A stretch of 63,745 nt of DNA, filler included. It is 13 parts of 13 records of this genome, joined end to end, with 100 filler letters (N's around TTAATTAATTAA, not from the genome) between each part and the next. Parts side by side here need not be neighbours in the genome. Positions count along the whole stretch, not along the records: positions 54,655 to 60,082 come from SRR7504441_6052; positions 60,183 to 63,745 come from SRR7504441_6063; 11 more parts are not named here. The stretch is one strand, 5' to 3'. Numbering within the stretch: the stretch's first letter is position 1; the number at the start of each line of letters is the position of its first letter. Shown one piece after another: positions 54,663-63,745 of the stretch. Position numbers and translations under genes: made by a program. The notes below the pieces were generated by a model. The model saw only the letters and a program-made list of their open reading frames with translations, did no database searches and was not told the DNA's origin.

Positions 54663-57600
54663 ATGAAGGCAGCCGAGGACGAGGAAGTTGAGGGCGCCGC
54701 CCCGGAAGACGAGGGCGCCGCTCTTACATCCCCGTCCGAGAGCCTCACAGAAGTGACCAACCCCGTGGCCCCCATGCTCTCCGAAGTGGTCAATCCAGTT
54801 CTGGCGAAACCTACTCTTGGCCTCTCCCGATCGGTCACCGAGCAGGCGGACGACCGATCCATCACCGAGGCTCTGGCGGAGGGCTCGACTGAAAGCTCGA
54901 GACTTGAAGGCCAGCGCGCAGCTGAGTTGTGGACGATCGTCGGCTTCCTGGTGGTAATCACGGGTGCGCCCCTCCGCCACGGGCCCGGCCCCACAGTGCG
55001 CGCCCAGGATTCTCTATCGCCTTCTGGTACTTCCTGTTCTCCGGCAGCAGCATCACGATAGAGGCGGTGATCGGCCGTTACATCGGCTCGGCCTCGCAAC
55101 ATGTTTTCAGCGCGGTACCAGCTAGCGCCCAGGATTGGGCGGCCGGTGATTGCGGGGCAGGTGATTGCGGTGGTAAACGAGACGGGTACTAACCTGCAGG
55201 TGATGGAAGTGCTCCAGACGCAGAGCCAAGTCGACTTCCTTCAAGTGGCCGACGCAGTAAAGCTGACCAAGGCACACCAGCAGATGGTGGCGCTGCTCCA
55301 GACTTACACCAACGTCTCGGCGGTGTACGGGACCACCACCACCGGAGACGTGATGACCAGTGTGCGCAACTTTGGCGCTCAAAGCACCCAGCAGTATGTC
55401 GCGTACAAGTACGACGGAGGCTGCCTGCACAGCTGTAACTGGCCGGGTGGGCCAACCCATCACTGCTTGCGTGCTGCAGATGCCGTGACTGTGGGGGCAA
55501 CTGCCCTGGCGACTACGATTGCCACCGCGGCTACTTCCACTGACTGCGGCTACTCGGTGACGTCGCAGGAATGGTTCCAAGTCGGGCAAGGCGCCTCGGC
55601 AGCTACCTGGACCGGGGTAGCCAAAGCTGTATCGGGCTCGTGACGCCGTGGTGCAGGTCTATCTCGAGCCTCTGTCAGGCTCGTGGCAGACAGCCGTGGT
55701 GCAAACGACTGGAACCGGTGGCCGCACGCTAAGCGGCGCACTGACAGGTGGCAGGCATGCTGGTCTCTGAGGTCGCTCGGGACAAGCTGCAGATCGGGCT
55801 CTGGGCGCAGTGCAATCCGAATATTCGGCTCAAGGCTACTGCACTCATAGAGCGGTGGCCCGCCAGCTGCCCGAGCCTTGGTCTGAGTCGGACCATGTAG
55901 ATCGGGGACATTGATCTCGTCTTGGCCGATCATGTGCGCTCCGAGCTCGACGGAGAAGGTGGCGTTGGGAGATGTCACAGACTGTCCAGACCTCAAGTAT
56001 TCAGCTGAGCAGGCGCTGGACACGTTTGGCTCTTACAGCGCAATCCAAAGTGTGCAGGTAGTGACATTTCTGGTCGCCCGCACAAGCTGAGTTCAGTTGA
56101 CAGGATGTTGAAAGCGGCTTCCCGTCCTTGTTGAGCCAGCATTATGCCTGGGAGACTGTGACGATGGTGGGCTCTGGATCGTCCGGGGGAATTACCTCCA
56201 GCATTACACCCGACTGGATCCTTGTGACTGTGATGGGTACGCGGCCTAAGGGCGTTGCTGATTAGTTGGGGCAGACGATATCTATAAAGACGTTCAGCCG
56301 ATCACTGAGCAGGTGCTCATCTGTGCCATGGTTATATTCGGCATTGCTATTCTGTCAGTGTTTATCCGGCTGGTTGTCAAGTTCGAGCTGCTCAGCATGT
56401 GTGGCTGTGTGAAGAGCGAGGCAAGTGATGCCACGCATGCAAACGACCCCGACCTGGCTTCAGACACATCAGTCGAATTGCACAGTCCAAAGATCGTCAA
56501 AGACTCGGTTCCAAATGTGCAAGCAGATGAGCATGAGACATATGAGTCGATTTGGATCCAAGCGTTGCTCATGGTTGGGCCCGCTGCATTTATTCTATGG
56601 GGAGTTTGGGCGTACAGGGTAGAAAACATTGCAGAAGACTGGGCACGCGAAGTGATGGACGACCAAGGCCTTCGCATCACGCTTGAGATCAATGTGGCAA
56701 TTCGGATGATGCAGTCCACGGTCAGAGTGGTACAAAGTGTGTGGGCGCTAGGAAGCAGTAGCGCACCCGCTACAACCCAGACATTTAACCTACAATCAGC
56801 AAATGCGTGGAATGAGAATGCGTTTAACTCGTTTTTCAGCGGCCTTCAACAAGCGATCCCCTTTATGAGCAAGATTCATTTCGGCTGGTCTTCTGGTGAG
56901 CAACTGGGGTCACTTTACTACACCCCCAACGTCCTTGCAATCACAACATCTAGCTCACCATCTAGCTCACCAACAACTAACTGGAATCTGATCACATATG
57001 GCACCAATGCCGACGGTACACGAAACACTGCCGACGTTCTGGCTAACAGCGGCTACTCGGAGGCAACACAGCAGCAATGGTACACCTCTGCTGCAGCTCT
57101 CTGCAAAATGACCGCCTGCTACAACACTGGCGGTTTTGCCGAGGTATACCAATGGTCTGGAACAACGGAGCTGGCCTTACCTTATTCCATGAGCCTCTGG
57201 ACAACTGATGCTGCTGGGGAGCTCACGTCAACAATGGTTGGTGTGGTCAGCGTGGATCTCAAGCTGGCGTTCCTTGATTCGTTCTTGGCAGCCTTGATGA
57301 GCTCCTCAGACGGCGGATTTGCTTACATTACCGAGACAGATGGTTCGATGCTGGGTGCTTCTCCCGATGATGTCACTTACAATATCGATCAAAGGTCTGC
57401 CATGTTGTGCACCAATTCAGATATTAAGACAAATGCGAACACCTTGATGCAAACATATGATGACTTTGATGCAACCCAAGGCCTCCAAGTGGTCGACAGT
57501 TCCGACTCAAATCCAGAGGCTAGCAGAAGTTGTGAGTGCAACCATTATGGCCTGGACTGGACCCAGATAGTCGTCTGGCCTCGGAGCTACTACTTCAAAG

Positions 57601-60082
57601 ACTACGATGAATATATTGATTTTGCGTTCGTGATTATCCTCTGGATGACCATTTTCTTCGTATCTTCAATGGCGGTGTTTGGCCATCAGCTACAAGGCGT
57701 GGTCTTCTACGATGCAGCTCGTGGTGTGGGGGAGAACAGCATACGAGACAAACTCAAGAAGCACAGGTCGCGGATCAGGTCTGAAGTGATTACCGCGATG
57801 TGTGATAGAGATACTTCAATGTCAGTGGAGCACGTGGAGCGAGAATTGAGCCTATGGGCATCACTGCCCGCGGAGGATAAGCAAACGCGTCTCAGCTCAC
57901 AGAGCTGGGGGGATCAGCATTCTTTCCGCAGGTTCTCCTGGCACAGTGGAGACTTCGTAGGCACCCCAGCCGACTCGGATTCAGCTGTCGGCTCGGGTTC
58001 AGCCGCTGGTTCAGATGACGACGCAATTCTGAGAATGTCGGTGAATCAATTGCCGTCGGAGCGCGACCTGAACGATCAATTGCCGGCGGACCCCACCCTG
58101 AATCTAGTCTGCCGCTATAACCGAATGCTAGCTGCAAAGGTCAGCGTGTACCTTCGACTCTCCCGCGCAGGGATGAGTGTCGTGAACTACATGAAGATGC
58201 GGAGGGACAAGAGTTCTTGGTTTACCCGTGCGCTGTTTTTTACATGCCAGACCTCACTATTCCACATACTCATGTTTTGGTTGCTGGCTGGTTACCTCGG
58301 GTTGGGTTTCGTGGTGGATCAGAGCTTGAGCTCGACAGGCGGGCAGGTTGCATTCTCTCTGGAATGCGTTATCACACTTCTGGCTGTTGTCCAAGCTATT
58401 GTGATGACATCCATCGAGCGCGCAGAGTTCAAATGGGGAACACTTCGTGAGCACTTCTGTCAGTGCCAGTGCTTTTCTCGGTTCAACTTGACATTCTTCG
58501 GTGCCTGTCGCCTATTTTCTGTTTTGGTGGCAATTTCTGTGTTAATCATCAAGTCCGCTGGAGTAGATGCAGACTATGTGATCATTCCTAGGGCAATTTT
58601 TGTGATCTTTTACAACGCCCAGGTGATGACCAGCTTGGTGCTTCTAGGCTCGTCCATCTTTGAAAGCCGAGACGTATTCATATTGTTTGGGTTTCTCCTG
58701 GTATTTTTTGCTGTCGAAAATATGTTTCTCTTCTCTGAGATATTGACCGCTTATTGCACCAACTTTCACGACAGCGCCGTCTTTTCATTTGTTTACTTGG
58801 CCACCGGAGAAAACTATGCAGATGCAACAGACACCGTGTTTGCTGTCGAGAATGGGCAAGTATACTTTGTATGGCTGGGATCGGGCTCAATTGTGGGCTT
58901 GTTTGGACTGATGTCGCTCGTTATCGCCACGTTCGAAACAGTGTATTCCAACCAGGCCAGATGGATCGGCTGGATCAAGGACGACACGAAGCTTGCATCA
59001 CTGATCCCAGTATTCTACATCTGGGATCTTTGCCATATTGGTAGGGAGCCCTTCGATCTGTTCTCGGATGAAGACCGAATCGACGCCCGCCCGGATGCCG
59101 AGGCCAGGCTTGCAGAGGATGGCGAGTTCGCAGTGCTAGTGGACACCATCAAATTTGATCGTACACAGTTCCGTACACTTGTCCTATCTGTTCTCAATAA
59201 TAAGAACTCCAGCTTTTTGCGAATCCAGGGCTCCCGGGACGCGGACACCCTTCTCGACTGCTGCTTTGAATTACTGGATAATCTTGACGAACGCGATGGC
59301 ATGATCTCAATGGTCGAATTCTACGAGGCAGTCGAGGTTTTGGAGATGCTAAGCTTGATTAAAAACCGTCTCACCAGGACCTTGGAGAACCAGCTTTTGT
59401 TCGCTTGGTTCTCGGAAATAGTATCAATGCAGACAGAAGAACGTCAGATGCGCACCCGAAGATGGCAGCCTGAGGATCCTACAAACATATACACGAAGGT
59501 TCGGGATGCACTCACCAAGGAAATAGCACAGGAGGAGAAGGTATTAGATGCATTCAGGGAGACGCCGTTTGGAACAGAAGCCTGGCTAAACGTGTGTGCT
59601 AGTATGGTAGTCGGGGCACATTTGTGCATCCTGTGCCTCTATGGATCGATCGTTAGCGACAACTTCGTCGACTATTCGTCTGTGGCTTTTACCTTTTTCT
59701 ATGTCGTTGAGCAAGGTTACCGCCTGAGCATATTGAAGGAATATGCCTACAACCCAGTGGGGCTCAGCCACGCGGGCGCAATGAACTACTCAACCTCGAG
59801 CTCTCCTAGAAGCAGTGGACCGATATCACCGACACACAAAGAGGAAAGATTTGTCGGCAGGGAATGTGATCTATGTTCGCGGAGAACACACCTACTCGAT
59901 CACGGTGTGTCATAGTTCCTTGGATTACGGCCTGACTCTGGGTCTGTCACAGCTTACAACCAGCGTATCACTGCTAACAGGAAGGCCGACTTTAGGTTGG
60001 CTATCTTCTCGGCTCTTTGTGCACTTGTGTTTTTGATTTACAAGTTGGCCGAAAATCGAACAAACTGGGGAACCGAATGTCT
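54663..60082 (+). CDS. Membrane protein with two Cache-like sensor modules fused to a two-pore-channel-like cation channel (3'-partial)
   Basis: TM-Cache (YSVTSQEWF)-TM, then TM-Cache (YSEATQQQWY; VGVVSVDLKL; AYITETDG)-TM. A 6-TM unit with pore FVYLATGENY follows, then an EF-hand-like DERDGMISMVEF and the start of a second TM unit. The 5' exon joining is inferred. Confidence 0.62.
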
Positions 60083-60288
60083 NNNNNNNNNNNNNNNNNN
60101 NNNNNNNNNNNNNNNNNNNNNNNNNNTTAATTAATTAANNNNNNNNNNNNNNNNNNNNNNNNNNNNNNNNNNNNNNNNNNNNAAGAAGGAATTATATATT
60201 GGACCTTAGTCGCTACTATACAATTCATTTACAATCAGCGCTCGCGCGAGACTAAAGCATTATAAAACTGTTCGTACATTGTCGAGCT

Positions 60289-62100
60289 TTACGACATATC
60301 ATGCTCGGTCTCCTTTCGCCACAGCAGCTCCTCGTTATACATCACGACAACTCCACGCTCGCCATGCGCAACAACATCCACGCTCGGCCCATCGGGCAAC
60401 GGGATGTACCCACATCCCCACGGAAACGCCACTGTGCGCTTGGCATCCGACACTCCGGCCAGCTCAATTTCCGGTTGCAGAACAAACTGGAGCAGGCTGC
60501 ACCTCCCAGGCAGCGCCGCCAAACTGGCCAGTGAGCTCCACGGCGAGAGCATTGGCTGGAGCTTTGTCGCCAACTCAGTGCACGCAACATCTGCTACGAC
60601 CTGGCTCCGGTTCGAAAACAGCAGCACCGTATCGTTGACCGGACCTAGACTGATCCTGAGCTGCGGCCCATCGTCCCTCAGGCGGAGCTCGGTCCCCGTC
60701 TGGCGCAGCACATAGGACCCCGCCAGGCCTGCTGCGGGCAGCGGCAACTTATCCACTCCGCTCGGCAAGCATCGCCGGTTGCCCACGGCCGCGCCGCAGG
60801 CCGAACATGTGCTCAGCCCGGGCCACTGCTCCTGCCAGAACTGGGTTGTCTCGAGTGTGCGCTCGGCCACAGCATCGGCCTGTTCGAACGAGGCCCCGGC
60901 CAGCACGGCGAGAGCACCAAACTTGAGTGCTGTGAGAGGCCCGCCCATCGACCCGCCCAAGTTGCTCATCATCAACACACCGGCTCGCATACGCGGGAGC
61001 AGCCCCAACCGGGCCTTGTGCATGTTAGTGTCCCCGTTCTTCTCGGCGTATCGGAACGTCTTGCCCGGGATGAGCTCGATTTCGCCTGCAAGGTCGAATC
61101 CAAGCCCTGCACCGAGTGCAGACCCGGCAGTCGAGCCACTGGCCTCCCACCCAGGCACGCCGCACCCGCTGTTCCAGCTAGGGGGCGTGACGACCTGTCC
61201 CGTGAGCATTTGGTTCAGCACAGAGTACGGCAGCCCTTCAGCAGCAAGATGCCCCAGTAGCACCCGTAGCACCGTACGCATCTCGTTCACCGAAGAGATC
61301 ACCGAGCCCGAGGCGTCGGCTGCACCCCACGCAAAATCGGCCGGCGCTCCTGTGGCCACAAAGTCGTAGGTTGCCAGTGTGGAGTTGCCCCCGCGGCAAG
61401 GGTCCATTTTGTGCACTGCAGCCAGGTGCGATGCAGCCACCTCGGCTGGGATGTGGTTCCGCGTGCAGTAGGTCCGAGTCAGGTTGAGCGGCTCCATCAC
61501 TGTCGCTGTTACCGCCGCGCACCAGTCCGACCGGTTGGTCGCGGCCCTGAGCACTTCACCCGCCACGATCCAGCCAGTGTTACTGTACTCCATCCGATCA
61601 CGGAGCGTGTGTACCGGCTTCACCGCCCGCAGGCTGCGCACGAACCGGTCCGCCGGGATGAACGCGGTCGGGAACTCGGCCTGGTCCTCCCCGAGCCCGC
61701 TCCGGTGGGCCAGCAGGTCTTTGACGGTGAGTGCGCTCGAGACGTACTCATGTGGGCCCAGTTGGAAGCCGGGCAGCCACTTGCGCACCGGATCGTCCCA
61801 GCTCAGCCGCCCGGCCGCCACCAGCCGGGCCAGGCCGAGGCAGGTGACCGTTTTGCTCAGACTGCCGATTTCCATCAGGCTGTGCTCGTCCACCGGATCG
61901 CGGAGGGTGGCCGAGCGCACGCCCGAGGCGAAGGTGTGGCTGGCCCCGGAAGGGAGCACAACCAGCCCTGTGACTCCCGGGGCCAGACTGTAGGGCAAGT
62001 GCGCCCGGCGCGAGGCCACCCAGGCCTCCACCGAGGCCCCCGTTTCTGCAGATACACCGGCCGCAAGGATCAGAAGACCGACCAGCTGCAGCATCTGCAT
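60289..62100 (-). CDS. Secreted serine hydrolase of the beta-lactamase/PBP family, intronless
   Basis: Signal peptide, IGSLSK (SxxK), LLAHRSGL, YSN and KNG (equivalent of HxG/KTG). Confidence 0.88.
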   Translation of the reverse strand: MQMLQLVGLLILAAGVSAETGASVEAWVASRRAHLPYSLAPGVTGLVVLPSGASHTFASGVRSATLRDPVDEHSLMEIGSLSKTVTCLGLARLVAAGRLSWDDPVRKWLPGFQLGPHEYVSSALTVKDLLAHRSGLGEDQAEFPTAFIPADRFVRSLRAVKPVHTLRDRMEYSNTGWIVAGEVLRAATNRSDWCAAVTATVMEPLNLTRTYCTRNHIPAEVAASHLAAVHKMDPCRGGNSTLATYDFVATGAPADFAWGAADASGSVISSVNEMRTVLRVLLGHLAAEGLPYSVLNQMLTGQVVTPPSWNSGCGVPGWEASGSTAGSALGAGLGFDLAGEIELIPGKTFRYAEKNGDTNMHKARLGLLPRMRAGVLMMSNLGGSMGGPLTALKFGALAVLAGASFEQADAVAERTLETTQFWQEQWPGLSTCSACGAAVGNRRCLPSGVDKLPLPAAGLAGSYVLRQTGTELRLRDDGPQLRISLGPVNDTVLLFSNRSQVVADVACTELATKLQPMLSPWSSLASLAALPGRCSLLQFVLQPEIELAGVSDAKRTVAFPWGCGYIPLPDGPSVDVVAHGERGVVVMYNEELLWRKETEHDMS

Positions 62101-62154
62101 CTCTGCCTTGGAAATAACGGACATCTCTCTCCGGGCCATCATCATTCGGCACAC

Positions 62155-63087
62155 ATGCCTCCGAGAAGCGAGACCTCCGCGAGCAGCCGGAAGCGGAAGG
62201 CATCAAAGCGCGATAGCGGCAATGCGGCGCCCGAGGCGCCGCCGAGTCAGTTGGACAAGTGGATGAACGTCTGGATGGACAACGACTGCGATATCTCCGC
62301 CGTACCACCGGAACACCGGCTGGGTGTCCTGGAGGCCGACAGGGCGATACGGGAGCAGATGGAGAAGATGATGCCGCAGATGGGTGGGCTGGACCAACTG
62401 CTTGATGACCCGGACATGCACCCGGAGGAGCGGGCCGAGATCGAGGCCATGCAGCGGGAGCTGGCCGAGCTCCAGGGGGCGGCCCATCAACAGCCCGACC
62501 AACCGACAGAGAAGAGCGCGAGCGCGAAGGCATATGAAGTGGTGCTTGACGGGTTGAACGGGCAAATGTTCATGTTTGAGCAGCCATACGACGAGGCGAT
62601 CCCGACCGCCGAGTCGGTTCTAAAGAAAGAGCACATCCTGCTCCCCAAAGTGAGCGGCATGATAGCCGATCGACTGTACAAGGAGATGCTCGAGGTGACG
62701 GACAACCACATGGGCGGCGGCACGTCGCTCGGGAACAAAATCTGGTGGAATTTCTTGATTCCTTCGATGCGAAACATCTCGGAGATGGTTCGGAAGACGG
62801 AGTACCAGCTGGCGCTCGGGGAGTTGTTCGGGTTGCTGATGTTTAGTGTGTACGGCGACGATGGCTGGCTGATGGATAACGAAGTGTGGATGGATGACGA
62901 GTTTGGAGAGTTTTTCAAAAGTCTCGGCCAGTCGTGGAAAGCGGTGCTGGCTAAGTCGGACACAGAGCTTGGGCTTGCAGACAAGAAATACCGCAAAAAG
63001 ATCAAATCCATGCTGAAGGAGTTCACGGCTACGGCCAACGACGCGCTGTCTAACTACGACGATGTTGAATTCAAATTCAAAGTGTGA
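62155..63087 (+). CDS. Hypothetical protein (basic N-terminus, helical C-domain)
   Basis: Coding-like composition from ATG 62155. The upstream part of ORF 61411..63087 is antisense to the hydrolase. Confidence 0.65.
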   Translation: MPPRSETSASSRKRKASKRDSGNAAPEAPPSQLDKWMNVWMDNDCDISAVPPEHRLGVLEADRAIREQMEKMMPQMGGLDQLLDDPDMHPEERAEIEAMQRELAELQGAAHQQPDQPTEKSASAKAYEVVLDGLNGQMFMFEQPYDEAIPTAESVLKKEHILLPKVSGMIADRLYKEMLEVTDNHMGGGTSLGNKIWWNFLIPSMRNISEMVRKTEYQLALGELFGLLMFSVYGDDGWLMDNEVWMDDEFGEFFKSLGQSWKAVLAKSDTELGLADKKYRKKIKSMLKEFTATANDALSNYDDVEFKFKV

Positions 63088-63372
63088 GCGACTTACTTTT
63101 GTTCCCGTATCTTGGCGGTGACCCAGCCTGTTAGCTTTCAATTTCGTCCGAAAGCCAGAACGGGCTCGTGCGGCTCGTGCAAGCCTGCATTTGTGTGCAC
63201 CCGGGAGAGTGTGGAGCTCGGCGTAACAGCTTGTGCCTTTAGTTTCCTTAGCTCATTAGACACGCTGGTTCTTGAATACGTACGTATATCATGGCAGGCA
63301 AGCAATGCTCCGAATATATAGGTTAGAACGGTTATGTTACAATAGATCCTATTAATACATCCATATGCAGCT

Positions 63373-63745
63373 TCACTGAAAGCTATTGGTAGTGTTCGAG
63401 TCTTTAGCGAGTGAGCCGGAAGTCACTGCATCCACCATGCGCTTGATCGCCACCATTTGGGCCCCAAGCTTGCACGCGAAATCGGGACCGGTATAGCCCC
63501 ACCAGTCAAAACACCCGTTAGGATTGAGCACCGTTGCGCGGGCCTGCGGGTACAGCACCACTATATTATTGGGTTCCGCCCAGCCGTTGAAAGTGTGCTC
63601 TACAAACTTCCGGCCGACGGCACGGCTGTTCTGCTTGCACCCATGCAGCGCCACGTGCAGTCGACACTCCGCCCCAGCCGCGCATTTCGCGGGGACATAC
63701 GCATAGCCGGTCTCGGCCAGTCCGGCTGTGATTAAGGTGTAACCG
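63373..63745 (-). CDS. PHB depolymerase-like esterase C-terminus (5'-partial)
   Basis: LHGCKQ...NGWAE.NNIVVLYPQ...NPNGCFDWWGY. Confidence 0.85.
   Translation of the reverse strand, partial: GYTLITAGLAETGYAYVPAKCAAGAECRLHVALHGCKQNSRAVGRKFVEHTFNGWAEPNNIVVLYPQARATVLNPNGCFDWWGYTGPDFACKLGAQMVAIKRMVDAVTSGSLAKDSNTTNSFQ

Noticed and set aside
7637-60182. Regularly recurring TTAATTAATTAA flanked by Ns as a biological repeat or CRISPR-like array
   Set aside because: It is an identical 100-bp artificial six-frame-stop linker. For the same reason no gene cluster or synteny can be inferred across spacers.
60289-62100. Beta-lactamase-family gene as an antibiotic-resistance determinant or bacterial contaminant
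   Set aside because: SxxK/YxN hydrolases are widespread in eukaryotes. No mobile-element or operon context is present and the flanks resemble the other contigs.
61411-62154. 558-aa ORF overlapping the hydrolase on the opposite strand as a true overlapping gene
   Set aside because: The portion before ATG 62155 is an antisense shadow; protein-like composition starts only at 62155.

Overview
This window is eukaryotic, GC-rich, gene-dense protist-like DNA. It consists of 13 short contigs joined by 12 artificial 100-bp spacers (44 N + TTAATTAATTAA + 44 N), so adjacency across spacers carries no information. Many genes are split by tiny (mostly 34-49 nt) GT-AG or GC-AG introns, which fragments the ORF track. 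Recognisable genes include eIF2-gamma, RPB4, CFAP221 (implying a flagellum), ESF1, TBCE, TMEM94, PIG-W, DCN1-like, Canopy-like, cytochrome b5, GDPD, GH20, GH39, an actin-like protein, MFS and SulP transporters and several hydrolases. The top hidden feature is an iodothyronine-deiodinase-like selenoprotein that the ORF track splits into fragments, with an in-frame TGA in GSHT-U-PPF and a type II SECIS in its 3' UTR. Three unusual domain architectures also stand out: FHA-SIM-MIU-ART-RBR, double Cache fused to a TPC-like channel, and SAM-ankyrin-FYVE-R-SNARE-CaaX. Other observations are a PTS2-bearing cytochrome b5, very short bidirectional promoters with a recurrent YAACGG motif, and a recurrent ATTGTA 3'-end motif. 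All family calls come from motif recognition; no database search was run.
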